Assembly (NCBI GenBank): GCA_028873375.1
Contig: JAGWKU010000001.1
Span: 11,763 to 75,762 of the forward strand
Length of the DNA: 64,000 nucleotides
Direction: 5' to 3'
DNA from: Verrucomicrobiota bacterium
GTDB taxonomy: Bacteria; Chlamydiota; Chlamydiia; Chlamydiales; SM23-39
This document shows, one piece after another, positions 1 to 10,500 of this stretch; position 1 is the stretch's first letter; every line of letters begins with the position of its first letter. Made by a program: the position numbers and the translations under genes. Below the pieces are notes generated by a model. It ran no database searches. It saw nothing but the letters and a program-made list of their open reading frames with translations, and was not told where the DNA came from.

Positions 1-468
1 GCCGGGATCGTTCATCGCGTGGAACTAGAAACCATGTATGATTTTCTTTGGGGACTGGGAGCACGGGCGATTCTTTACGAGTGGGGGAATGTTTGTTTAG
101 GTGTTGGGGGGCGTTATGAGCAGTCGGATTACGGCCCTGTTTGGATGACGGTCGATGGGGCTGCTAAATCGGCCAATGGGACTCTTCTTCATTGGAGCGA
201 GTGGCAAATTGATCTCGCCATTTCTTATGCGATTGATATTTTTACTCCTTATTTAGGGGTGACTTATACCAATGCCAAGGCAACATTAGGAACCTTTACT
301 ATGGCTATTGCGGGGGACGACTCAGGGAATAATAGCTTCAAAAATCGAACTCCCGTAGGAGTTTGCATCGGATGCTCCTTAAGCACAAGTAAGTTTTTCA
401 TGCTCAACGTAGAAGGACGCCTCATTGACGAAGAAGCTGTTACTATTTCAGGCGACTTTAGGTTTTGA
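1..468 (+). CDS. MOMP-like outer-membrane beta-barrel protein, 3' part (gene runs off the left edge)
   Basis: Frame 1 is open from base 1; alternating amphipathic strands; terminal aromatic ...TISGDFRF typical of outer-membrane barrels; resembles the downstream ORF. Confidence 0.6.
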   Translation, partial: AGIVHRVELETMYDFLWGLGARAILYEWGNVCLGVGGRYEQSDYGPVWMTVDGAAKSANGTLLHWSEWQIDLAISYAIDIFTPYLGVTYTNAKATLGTFTMAIAGDDSGNNSFKNRTPVGVCIGCSLSTSKFFMLNVEGRLIDEEAVTISGDFRF

Positions 469-1195
469 AATTCTTTTCTGCCTTTTCGCAAACAAAATCG
501 AGGCTGTTCCTGTTGGGAATCCCGCTTCGCCGGCCATTCTTCAGGAAGGAATTTTTCTCTCTGATGCAGGGTGGACTCAACCAAGGCTGGGCTTCCTCGA
601 AGATTTTACCCTCAATCATCCCTTAGCCGGTGACTCTCTTCACGCCGTTTCTGCCGAAGGTTTTTCGGCAGCTGGAGCCTTGATTTGGTCTCTTTTTGAA
701 AGGCTTGATCTCTCTCTTTTACTAGGAAGCGGGAACTATTATTTCCAGATGGTTCAAGGCGATGAGGCTCTTACAGCCCAAGTGAATGGAGGGTTGATTT
801 GGTATGGAGAGGCGAGGCTGGTCCTTTTAGAAGTAGAAGATACGACCTTCAGTGCCTTTGGAGAAGCTGGCGGATGGAATTGGATGAGAGGTCCTTTCTA
901 TATCGATAGTCACCCTGTTGCCAACAGAGCTGCTTTGAAAATGAGATTTTGGGAGGTCGGCGTAACGCTTTCTCAACAGGTGGGTCTCTTTTCTCCTTAC
1001 GGTGGAGTAGTTGTCATGCAATCTCGCTGGAAAATGTCGGAGACCAATACGGGGATCTATTACTTTCATCAAAAATATCCTGTCGGTCCATTGCTAGGCT
1101 GTACGATCAGCAAGTCTTCGAAAATTCTTTTAAATCTCGAGTGGCGTGGCTGGATAGAAAATGCGTTCACTCTTTCTGGCGAGTTGCGCTTTTAG
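425..1195 (+). CDS. MOMP-like outer-membrane beta-barrel protein
   Basis: Signal-peptide-like N-terminus, barrel-like strands, C-terminus TLSGELRF paralogous to the upstream ORF (TISGDFRF). TTG start overlaps the upstream gene; exact start uncertain. Confidence 0.6.
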   Translation: MTKKLLLFQATLGFEILFCLFANKIEAVPVGNPASPAILQEGIFLSDAGWTQPRLGFLEDFTLNHPLAGDSLHAVSAEGFSAAGALIWSLFERLDLSLLLGSGNYYFQMVQGDEALTAQVNGGLIWYGEARLVLLEVEDTTFSAFGEAGGWNWMRGPFYIDSHPVANRAALKMRFWEVGVTLSQQVGLFSPYGGVVVMQSRWKMSETNTGIYYFHQKYPVGPLLGCTISKSSKILLNLEWRGWIENAFTLSGELRF

Positions 1196-1254
1196 CTTTT
1201 GCTTTTTAATTCGACAATCTCTTATCCTATTTAGGTTCATCAATAGGCTTTTTT

Positions 1255-2541
1255 ATGAATCGTTGGATTTTGTTCTCTGCTTCTTGTTTCACTTCCCTCC
1301 TTGCTGCTCAACAAGCCGCTATGCCTCTTCCTATGAATCAGGTGGCTCAAGTTGCCGATGTTCAATATCAAGAGAAACAAGAAGAAAGCGACATGGACGC
1401 CCTCCGTCGCTGGTTACAAGACAAACGTTTTATCAGCTTGAAAGAAACTGGTGGCGATCTCACGATCAGCGGAGAAGTTCGCACCGAATGCCAATACATC
1501 AATGAAAAATCAAAAGCGCAAGGTTCCTCTCAGTACATTCAACAAAGAGGCCAGGGATCTCCTTTAGATAAGCCGAATTTAGTATGGGACGTGGAATTCA
1601 ACTTGATTCTCGACTATCGCTCAGACCGCGCCTGGGCTGCAATGAAATTGGAATTCGATAACGACATGGGAACAAGAAGCGGAACGGTGAATAAGATCCG
1701 CTTAGAAAAGGCCTATCTTGGTGGACGCCTCATTGCGGGCGATACGCTGACCTGGGACGCCGAAATTGGCCGCCGTTATTTGTCTAATGCTTTCGATTCT
1801 AAAATCGAGTTTGGCTCTCTCTTTGATGGCTTGCTTTTCCGCTTTGGTAAGGCGTTTGAAGAGATTGGCGACTTCTATGCAAATCTGGCTGCTTTTCTCA
1901 TCGATGACCGAAACAATAGTTACGGCGAAGTGATGGAGTTAGGAGCGTTAGGTGTTGCTAATACAGGTCTTAACTTGAAATATTCGATCATTAATTGGTT
2001 CAAGCCTGGTATCGACTCAGACAACCCGAATCGATGGAGATTCCTTGTAAATCAATTTTTGGTCTCTTATCAGATGTATCCAGAATGGCTGGGCAAACGC
2101 TACATCAAGTTCTACGGAGCAGGCCTCTTTAACGCATTAGCTCAAGATGTAGTTCAGACTGGGTATAACAAACAGCAATCTGGTTGGTATCTCGGTACTT
2201 CGATTGGAGTTGTAAAAAAAGCGAGAGACTGGGCCGTCGATGTTAACTTTCAGTGGGTCCAAGCACAAGCGATTCCCGATGCCGATGTCTCCGGAATTGG
2301 TCGAGGAAATGCAGCAGGAGTCGGCTTCTATAGCAACCCTATTTCTGGCGGCGCTCCCACAACTCAATCAACAGCGGTAGGGAACTGCAATTATTACGGA
2401 ATGGAAATTGAAGCTCTCTATGCCTTTACCGACAATCTCACATTGCTTCAGAACCTCAAATGGGCCAACACGTTGGATACTGACATTGGACCTAATTTGA
2501 AATACAAGCAGTGGGAAATTGAGTTTATCTACGCTTTCTAA
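1255..2541 (+). CDS. putative porin / outer-membrane protein
   Basis: 428 aa, signal peptide (MNRWILFSASCFTSLLAAQ), repeated amphipathic strands, terminal aromatic residue (EFIYAF). Confidence 0.6.
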   Translation: MNRWILFSASCFTSLLAAQQAAMPLPMNQVAQVADVQYQEKQEESDMDALRRWLQDKRFISLKETGGDLTISGEVRTECQYINEKSKAQGSSQYIQQRGQGSPLDKPNLVWDVEFNLILDYRSDRAWAAMKLEFDNDMGTRSGTVNKIRLEKAYLGGRLIAGDTLTWDAEIGRRYLSNAFDSKIEFGSLFDGLLFRFGKAFEEIGDFYANLAAFLIDDRNNSYGEVMELGALGVANTGLNLKYSIINWFKPGIDSDNPNRWRFLVNQFLVSYQMYPEWLGKRYIKFYGAGLFNALAQDVVQTGYNKQQSGWYLGTSIGVVKKARDWAVDVNFQWVQAQAIPDADVSGIGRGNAAGVGFYSNPISGGAPTTQSTAVGNCNYYGMEIEALYAFTDNLTLLQNLKWANTLDTDIGPNLKYKQWEIEFIYAF

Positions 2542-2555
2542 GAACCCAAATCATT

Positions 2556-2575
2556 CCCCGTCCTTTAGGGCGGGG
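2556..2575. other. 8-bp GC-rich hairpin CCCCGTCC-TTTA-GGGCGGGG
   Basis: Inverted repeat read directly (one G-T pair), directly after the porin stop; no T-run, so either a terminator-like hairpin or an IS-end remnant. Confidence 0.6.
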
Positions 2576-2590
2576 TTCATCTGGATAGGT

Positions 2591-4321
2591 TCAAGCTTCT
2601 TTCGAAAAATTGAGCGCGATCTGTTTTTGATACCACTTGAAAAAGAGGAATCGTTTGGAGATCCGCTCTTTTTTTCCATGTACAAAAGCAATCGAATAGT
2701 TCATTTTTACAAACGCTTTTTTGTACATTTCGATCATTTCACGACTATCTGTCCGTCGATGAAGAAAGAGGCAAACTGAGTTATTCTTGGCTTGAAATTT
2801 TTCAATTTGATCAAAGAGCTTTCTAAGAGCGCGGCGCTCTCTGAGTTCTGGTGGCACAATTCGAATGGAATCGATGAAGCCATTGACCCAGGGAAATTTC
2901 TTGAAATAAGCATCTGGCAGTAAGATTTTTAAATTAGGCAGACACGAAGAAAGTAGAATCGCATCCCACCATGAGTTGCTTTGCAAGACGACCAATGTAG
3001 AAAGAGGTGGGATTGGAGAAGTGAGAATCAGTCGCCGAAATCTTTTCAAAATTTTCTTCACGAAGAAGGGAAAAAAAAGGGAAGAGAGGCGACCTGCCAT
3101 GATCAAATTGATGAAGAAAGCAAAGATGCCCATTAAAAAGAAACCGCTAGAAGCCGAAAACCCCAATTCTTCGCTGATAAAATAAAGGCAGAAAGCAGCC
3201 ATCAACACACCAAGAAAACTACAGAAATTCGCTGTAGCGATCACTTGTCCTCGTTTTTCATCTGGGCTGTGAACCTGGATGAATGCATCAAAAGGGATCA
3301 AATAAGCACCCCCAAACATTCCCAACAAACCGAGCCAGATAATGGTCATGATGAGAGAAGAAGAGGTCAAGTGAAGGGCCATGAGGAAAAGAGCGAGAAA
3401 AAAACCTGCAATGCAAGAAAGGCCTGGTTCTACTTTGTCTTTGGAAAGCTGGCCTGCCAATACAGCTCCTATAGCAATTCCCACTGCGGTCGAAAGAAAG
3501 AGATACCCTCCGCCTACTTCGCTCAAATTGAGTGATTGCATCGCAAAAGGGATGATGTTTAATTGCGTAAACGCTCCACAAAAGAGAAAAAAGGAAGTTC
3601 CAAAGATTGCTGGCAGTAGATGGGGAATTTGCCAGCTCATTCGCAACGTGTCATAAATTTCGTAAAGGAAAAAAGGATTGATCTTTTTAGGAGAATTTTG
3701 AGGGGCAGTGCGACCGATTCCTAGAGAGGCGACAAGACCTGCCACCGCAATGAGAACGCAAAAAATAGCCTCCAGAATAAAATTTTTATCCGTGATGTCG
3801 ACTATGAAAGAGGCCAAAAAAGTGCCTAAAATAATCGCCAGATATGTCAAAGAGGTCATCGAGGCGTTGGCTTTAGAGACCATTTTCGATTCTACCAGCT
3901 CAGGAATGACGCCATACTTAGAGGGGCCAAAAAGAGCGCTTTGGGCGGCCATGAAAAAAAGGGCCGTATAGGTGCCGATATGAGATTCAAAATAAACAGC
4001 GGCCAATCCAAATACCATAATGAGCAGCTCGAGAATTTTGGCAAATACGATGATCGTTCGCTTACTGATCCGATCTGCTAAAACACCTGCTCCGGCAGAA
4101 AAGAGAAGAAAAGGAATTACAAAGATTGCGCCCGCTAAAGAGAGAATTGTATTAGCGGAAGCGGGACCTTCTATATTGATGAGAAAATAAATAACGAGAA
4201 GTTTGAAAATATTATCATTGAGAGCGCCCAAAAATTGCGTCACATTCAAAAGATAAAAAGAGCGATAATCGGTATGAAAGAACCAACGCAATGCCGCCTC
4301 TTTTTTTATTTTAGGGCTCAA
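2591..4321 (-). CDS. MFS transporter, lysophospholipid transporter (LplT/Aas-like) with C-terminal extension
   Basis: MFS signature (FLGALNDNIFKLL..., GPSKYGVIPELV) typical of LplT-type proteins; TTG start. Confidence 0.75.
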   Translation of the reverse strand: MSPKIKKEAALRWFFHTDYRSFYLLNVTQFLGALNDNIFKLLVIYFLINIEGPASANTILSLAGAIFVIPFLLFSAGAGVLADRISKRTIIVFAKILELLIMVFGLAAVYFESHIGTYTALFFMAAQSALFGPSKYGVIPELVESKMVSKANASMTSLTYLAIILGTFLASFIVDITDKNFILEAIFCVLIAVAGLVASLGIGRTAPQNSPKKINPFFLYEIYDTLRMSWQIPHLLPAIFGTSFFLFCGAFTQLNIIPFAMQSLNLSEVGGGYLFLSTAVGIAIGAVLAGQLSKDKVEPGLSCIAGFFLALFLMALHLTSSSLIMTIIWLGLLGMFGGAYLIPFDAFIQVHSPDEKRGQVIATANFCSFLGVLMAAFCLYFISEELGFSASSGFFLMGIFAFFINLIMAGRLSSLFFPFFVKKILKRFRRLILTSPIPPLSTLVVLQSNSWWDAILLSSCLPNLKILLPDAYFKKFPWVNGFIDSIRIVPPELRERRALRKLFDQIEKFQAKNNSVCLFLHRRTDSREMIEMYKKAFVKMNYSIAFVHGKKERISKRFLFFKWYQKQIALNFSKEA

Positions 4322-4339
4322 TCAAAGTTAAAGATATCT

Positions 4340-4520
4340 GAGGCAGTTGCAAAACTCATTTGACCGTTAAAACCGCCCTTTTGAGGCCATTTGCGTCCAT
4401 TCTCCTCAGTCGGCCCGCTTGGGCTGACCTCGTCAAATGGACCGTGGTGGCTTTGCCACCACTCGCAAATGACCTCAAAATCATCGATTTTCCCGGGCAA
4501 AGCAGTTTTGCAACTGCCTC
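4340..4520. repeat. 181-bp nested imperfect palindromic element (MITE-like or structured RNA)
   Basis: Perfect 17-bp terminal inverted repeats GAGGCAGTTGCAAAACT (4340-4356) / AGTTTTGCAACTGCCTC (4504-4520); inner 17-bp pair 4379-4395 / 4464-4480 with one G-T; hairpin GTGGTGGC-TTT-GCCACCAC at 4444-4462. Confidence 0.8.
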
Positions 4521-4606
4521 GTCTTTGTAGATTATCCGCTCTCTCGAGCATTTTCAATAGGAATGATTTGCTTTCGCATGCTAAATTTTGCCATACTCCA
4601 TCTTTT

Positions 4607-7564
4607 ATGTCGGAGCAGATTCTTCTCTTTAGTCATTCTCTCGATCAATTGGTTGATGAGCTAGCAAATCAGCTGGCCCTCACTACTCTTTTTTCGTCTC
4701 CTTTGATCATCATTCCCCACCTTTCCATGAAAGAATGGCTACAAATCGAGCTTGCTAAGCGGGCAAAAAATCGAGGAGTAGCTGCGCTCCATTTTGCTAC
4801 TTGGCAGCAAGGAATTCAACGGTTGACAGAGCCATTGCCAACTCCAAGTCGGGCTGAATTATTTGCGGCGATTTGGATAGCCTTAAAAGAGGAGCCGCCT
4901 ATTCAGTGCCAACCTTTTTTAGCGACTCAGCGAAAAATGCTCGATTTTGCAAATCGCTTGGCCGCTGAATTTTGGGAAGGCAGCTTGTATGGGTTCGTAC
5001 AAGAAGAGAGTTGGCAGAAACTTTTTTTTGATAAAATTTTCAAAATCCATCACTGGCTACCTCTTTATCTTGCAATAGAACAAGCGCCAATCGATGATTC
5101 AACACCTCTTTTTCTCTTTGGAATCGATTTTTTGCCTTCCGCCGTGCATCAATTTTTTTGGAAGCATCCAACCTTGAATGTCTTTCGCTTTTCTCCCTGC
5201 GCTATGTTTTGGGAAGACATTCGCTCAGTTTCTGAACAGAAATCCATCTTGCGCCAATGGAAACGGAAAAGGGTCTCATTGAACCGTTTAGAGTCGCTCG
5301 AGGGATTGCTTCGCGAAGGTCAACCACTTCTTGCTAACTGGGGTTTTATCGGTCGCAAAATGTTGGGACAACCTATCGAAGAAGAGGTTCAAGTTTTTGA
5401 AAATTATGAACTTAGAGACAAATGTAAAGCGGCTTTACATTTAATTCAGGAAGATTTTTTGTTACTGCAAACGAGAGAATCAACCCCTTTAGATGACTCG
5501 ATTCAATTGATCCAGGCGGGAGCTTCTAAACTGCGCGAAATCGAACTGCTTCGGGATGAGGTGATCCGTTTAGCGGCTAACGGCTTCTCTTTCTCTGAAG
5601 TGCGGGTTTATGCGCCTGACATCGATGTATATGCCCCTCTGATCCAATTTGTGTTTAGTGATCCTATTCAGTCCATTCCGTTTCGCATTGCGGGACTTAA
5701 CCTCTCTTGTCAAAGCCCCTTTTATCAAGCGCTCACTCGTTTATTTGACTGTGTAACCGGTCGATGGAGTGCGAAGGATTTGCTCGTCCTTTTCGAGAAT
5801 CCCTCTTTTGCTTGTAAAGCCAGTTGGAAAGAGGAGGATTTAGAGCAATTGCGCTCGTGGGTTGAGTATGCGCATGTTCGCTGGGGAATCGATGGGGCTC
5901 ATAGAAATGAGATTGGAGCTGAAAATGTCGAAGCTCCCACTTCTTCTTTAGGTAGTTGGGAAGAAGGTTTTGATCGCTTGATCGATGGATGGCTCTTTTT
6001 GCGTCCGGAGCGCGAGGATTTTATCCAGTGGAGCAATGCTGATTTATTTCAACATTTCTGCAATGTATTCCATGGATTGCGGAGCACGCTGGCTCCTTGG
6101 AAAAGAGAGCGCTCATTGAAAGAGTGGGCCGATGAAATTTCTGAATTAGCGACTGCCTACCTTGTTTTAAACGAGGACTTGGAATCAGATACAGCGGCGC
6201 ACAAGGATTTCTTTCGTTTTTTAGAAACTCTGCGTCATGCCCAAGAGGCCTTTCCTAATCAGACATTTCCCTTTTCGTGGGTTCGAACTTTGTTCTCTCC
6301 TTCTACTCTAGGTACCCAGGGAAGATCTCTTTTGCATGGCGTTTCATTTGCCTCTCTTGAACCAGGTGCTGTTTTGCCTGCTCGGGCTCTATTTTTGATT
6401 GGTTTAGATGAAGAGAGCTTTCCTCGAGCACCCTCTTTTCTCCGCTCTACAGAGGCGCCGCAGCAAAATCAATGGGATCGCTATCTATTTTTAGAAGCAG
6501 TATTCGCAGCCAAAGAGCGGCTGATTTTTAGTTATTGCCACCGCTCTAAAGAGGATGGTAAAGCCGTCAGTCCTTCTCTTCTGATTCAAGAGCTTTATAG
6601 CTATTTGAATGCCTCTTTACCGGAGGTAGCTCCTCCCGCGTCTTCGATTGATCCGCGTTGCTTTACAGGAAATGGCGCCTCTCTTTCTGATTACCACGTC
6701 GCTCAAGCAGCTCTCTCACCAACTCCTCATGCTCTGTTTTCTAATATGGAGAAAGTGCCAGACGAGGCGATGCCTTCTCATGCAACGCTGACTCTCGGAG
6801 AGCTCAATCGTTTCATGAGGCATCCGTGGCAGAATTATTTACAGGAAATCGTCGGCCTAGAATTCAAAGAAGAGAGCGAATCAGAATGGAAAGACTTTGA
6901 ATTTTCTCCTCTTTTTCAACATCGCTTCCTTCAAAAAGCTTTGCAAGGTCAACCAATAGAAACAGGATTTCCATTGGGGCTTTTGGGAGAAGAGGCAAAA
7001 CGTTCGATGGAAGAGAAGGTTCGTGAATACAAAGCTCGCTTGCGAGAATGGAATATCTCTTCGATGAGCGAAAGAAAGGGAAAGCTAGTTTTGAAATGGG
7101 AAACATCCACCATTCGCTTGATTGGATCTGCTTCATTGGCAGTACCAGATGGCTTGCTTTACATTGGCGACGATTCGATTCGAGGAATGCTTCGGAGGTG
7201 GCCTGAACTTCTTTTTAGTTTAGCATACAGTGAGACCCGTCGTATTTATTGTATGCGGAGCGGTCGAGTGAGAGAAGTAATAGAACCGCTTTCTTCCCTC
7301 CAGGCGATTGTAGAACTCTATTATCGATGCCGTTTTTTACCTCTTTTTTTACATCCCGATTGGGCCGATGAATTGCTACGCAAAGGAGTCTCTCCCGATC
7401 GAGACTGTGACGATCCTCTTCTCGAATGGACTTTGGAAAGAAGCTCCTCGTTTGATTTGCAAAAAGAACAAATTACTTGGAGAGAAACGTTAGAAAAGAC
7501 CTTCACCTCTTTGATTTCTTTATTCCCCACTCGAAAATCGAGAGGTGCTCATGCAGAAGTTTGA
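4607..7564 (+). CDS. recC: Exodeoxyribonuclease V gamma subunit
   Basis: RecC-like N-terminus (LFSHSLDQLVDELANQL..., PHLSMKEWLQIELAK), followed by recB and recD. The ORF track's upstream start at 4391 runs through the palindromic element; ATG 4607 is preferred. Confidence 0.85.
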   Translation: MSEQILLFSHSLDQLVDELANQLALTTLFSSPLIIIPHLSMKEWLQIELAKRAKNRGVAALHFATWQQGIQRLTEPLPTPSRAELFAAIWIALKEEPPIQCQPFLATQRKMLDFANRLAAEFWEGSLYGFVQEESWQKLFFDKIFKIHHWLPLYLAIEQAPIDDSTPLFLFGIDFLPSAVHQFFWKHPTLNVFRFSPCAMFWEDIRSVSEQKSILRQWKRKRVSLNRLESLEGLLREGQPLLANWGFIGRKMLGQPIEEEVQVFENYELRDKCKAALHLIQEDFLLLQTRESTPLDDSIQLIQAGASKLREIELLRDEVIRLAANGFSFSEVRVYAPDIDVYAPLIQFVFSDPIQSIPFRIAGLNLSCQSPFYQALTRLFDCVTGRWSAKDLLVLFENPSFACKASWKEEDLEQLRSWVEYAHVRWGIDGAHRNEIGAENVEAPTSSLGSWEEGFDRLIDGWLFLRPEREDFIQWSNADLFQHFCNVFHGLRSTLAPWKRERSLKEWADEISELATAYLVLNEDLESDTAAHKDFFRFLETLRHAQEAFPNQTFPFSWVRTLFSPSTLGTQGRSLLHGVSFASLEPGAVLPARALFLIGLDEESFPRAPSFLRSTEAPQQNQWDRYLFLEAVFAAKERLIFSYCHRSKEDGKAVSPSLLIQELYSYLNASLPEVAPPASSIDPRCFTGNGASLSDYHVAQAALSPTPHALFSNMEKVPDEAMPSHATLTLGELNRFMRHPWQNYLQEIVGLEFKEESESEWKDFEFSPLFQHRFLQKALQGQPIETGFPLGLLGEEAKRSMEEKVREYKARLREWNISSMSERKGKLVLKWETSTIRLIGSASLAVPDGLLYIGDDSIRGMLRRWPELLFSLAYSETRRIYCMRSGRVREVIEPLSSLQAIVELYYRCRFLPLFLHPDWADELLRKGVSPDRDCDDPLLEWTLERSSSFDLQKEQITWRETLEKTFTSLISLFPTRKSRGAHAEV
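5421..5443. repeat. 23-nt palindrome AAATGTAAAGC-G-GCTTTACATTT inside recC
   Basis: Perfect 11-bp arms with 1-nt centre, read directly; encodes CKAALH in frame. Confidence 0.95.
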
Positions 7565-10500
7565 TTGCCTTGCAGCCTCGACTCCTGTACTCGGCCCCCA
7601 TTTTCTCGAAGCTTCTGCAGGCACAGGAAAAACCTTTGCGGTCGAACACATCGTTGCGCGGCTTCTGCTGCATGAATCTCCCATGGAACTGGAACAGATT
7701 CTCGTTGTTACGTTTACTCGGGCGGCGGCTCGCGAACTCAAATTGAGGATTCGTTCTAATATAGAGCGGATTGCTCGCGGCCAACTGGTCCCATGGGAAT
7801 ATTTAGCCGCATGCAAGGACCCCTCGTCTGTTCGACAGCGGATGAGCGATGCTTTGGCCGCGTTTGATCGGTGTCAGATCTATACCATTCACGGTTTTTG
7901 CTCTCGGATGCTTCGCGAGTTTTCCTTTGAGGCTGGGATTGGCTTTACATGGAAGGAATCTTTTTCCTCTCCTCGGCTTTTAGCGGCTTTACAAGACTTT
8001 TTTGAGATGAAGCTGTCTAAGGAAGTCGTCAGTCCCGAGCAACTGGGCATTGTTGTTCGATGGGCAGGATCGGTGGAAGAATTGGGTCGCAAGCTCAAAA
8101 AAGCGGCCAAGATAGTGCCTGCAAAATTTTTTCGCGATCGAGAGGAAGAGTTTGCTGCTCTGTTGCAAAGCCGATCTCCTGAAGAATTGATTTCTCTAGC
8201 TCAAGAATTCGAAGCAGTAAAGTCGCTGTACAAAGCTGAAGTGAAAGGAGACTTTAAAGGACAGATAGAAGTTCTGAGCTCGTTCGATTGGGAAGCTGCA
8301 TTTCGAGAGTTGATTCGGCATAAAGGGACTCTTTTTCTCTATCTTGCCCCAGAGAATCGAAAAGTAAATGCAAAGGGATCTATGCCTCATCCTTTTTTCG
8401 ATTGGGGCCGGAAAACCTTATTGCCTCTGATCGAATCGGCGGCAGATCCTCAAGAAATTTTCCAACAGCTTCTTGCGGTTTGGAAACCCATTGAATTTCG
8501 GATTGCACAGGAAGAGGGGATTTTAAATCCCGATCAATTGCTGAGCACTATGGGTTCTGCTATCCAGCAAGAAACTTTTCGAAACAGTGTGCGAGGAAAA
8601 TATCGAGCCGTTCTCATCGATGAATTCCAAGACACCGACCCGATCCAGTGGGATATTTTCCAGGCCTTGTTTCTTCACCAAGTAGAGGCTCTTTATTTGA
8701 TCGGCGATCCCAAACAATCCATTTACCGGTTCCGACAAGCTGATCTCTATACCTATTTAAAAGCAAAAGAGACGATTGCTCCTCATTGTCACTTCCACCT
8801 AGATACCAATTTTCGTTCTTCCAAAGAATTGATTGGGGCTTTGAATCTCCTCTTTGATCGGGAGTGGCTTAAGTTGCCAAAAGAAGGGCGCACACTCCCC
8901 TATCTTCCTGTGCGGGCAGGTTTAGACCTTTCAACTGACTTTAAAGATGGGAAGGGAGCGATCCATTGCCTCTTGTTTCAAGAAGAAATTTCGGAGCTTT
9001 TCCCCTATCTTGTGCAGGAAATTAGAAATCTGAGAGACCAAGTTGTTTCGCTGAGCTCGTTTGCCGTATTGGTCAAAGATCGATACCAAGCAGCCGCTGT
9101 GCAGCAGGCGCTTGCCATTGCTGGAATTTCGAGTATGGCTAAGAGCCAAGAACCTCTTTCTGAAACGCTCGCTTTTGAAGCGATGGAAGAGTTGTTTGAA
9201 GCTCTTCGGGAGCCAAGACATTTAGGGAAAGCGAAGGTTGTTTTAGCAGGCCCTTTTGGAAGATATGCTGCAGAAGAACTACAACGGGTGGAAGAATCTC
9301 CTTTCGTAGAACTGCGGGCTATTCTGGAAGAGAAAGGATGGACAGCGGCTTGCCAAGCCTTTTTAAAAATGCGCTCCAAAGGGAAGACAGTCCAAGAAAA
9401 CATGGCTTTACAAGGCCGCTCCTTCTATGCCGATTGCCACCAAGTCTTTGAAGTTCTTTTAGATTGGGAGCGAAGAGAGGGCTTTTCCTTTGAGGGATTG
9501 GGTCGATTCTTTGATTCTCTTCATCGGATGGATCCTGAAGAAGCGCCTTGCCAGAGGAAAGATTCTGATGCGGAGGCCGTCCAAATCATGACAATGCATG
9601 TGAGCAAGGGGCTGGAATTTGATGTGGTATTTGCATTGGGCTTGGGAACGAGAACTCCAGAGTGTGATGTAGAGGCAGAGGCAGAAAAATTAAGACAGTT
9701 ATATGTAGCGACTACTAGAGCTAAACGGCGGCTTTACATCCCGATCCCTACGAGCTTGAAAAAAGCAGAAATGGGGACTCATGCCCCCATTGAGCTCTTT
9801 TGTGAAACATTGGGATCTTGGAAGGAAGAGCTTCGCCGTTTATCAGGAGAGGCGAGTTTGTCGATCGAAGAATTGCCCTCTCTGGTTGCCGTAACTCCTC
9901 CCTTTCATTTTACTCCTTCTCTTGTTCCTCCTGCCTTCCAGTTACCCTCGGTATCACCTTCCTATCTTCTCTCTTTCACGGCGCTGGCAAAAGAAACTTC
10001 TCTCAAACCTCTGGCTTCTATCGCTGACCCACAAGGAAATTATACAATTCATAATTTACCGAGAGGTCCAGAAACAGGAGTCGTTCTCCACGCGCTTTTT
10101 GAATGGATCTATCAAGAAAAGCAAGCTTGGAAATCTCCTGAACGAATCCAAGAAATCGTAGAGCAAGATCTTCCGGCTCTCTTTTCTCCGTGGAAAAAAG
10201 CGATTCTCCAAATGATCGAAGAGACGCTTACTTTCCGTTTGCCTATGGGGTTTTGCTTGCGCGATGTAAAGCCAGGAAATGTCCTCGTTGAAACAGAGTT
10301 TGTCTTTCAATCGCAGAAGAATTTTCTGACGGGATTCATTGATCTTTTGTTTATTCATGAGGAGAAGGTATATTTCGTTGATTGGAAGACGAATTGGCTT
10401 GGCGAAGATGCAAGCCATTATTCAGAGCCAGAGTTAAAAGCAGCCATTGCTGCGCATCAGTATGACTTGCAAGCTCGCATTTATAGAGAAGCATTAGAAC

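Noticed and set aside
4318-4557. 79-aa minus-strand ORF
   Set aside because: Lies across the palindromic element; composition explained by the inverted repeats.
4391-4606. N-terminal 72-aa extension of recC in the ORF track
   Set aside because: It translates the palindromic element and gives unlikely protein sequence; ATG 4607 begins a RecC-like N-terminus.
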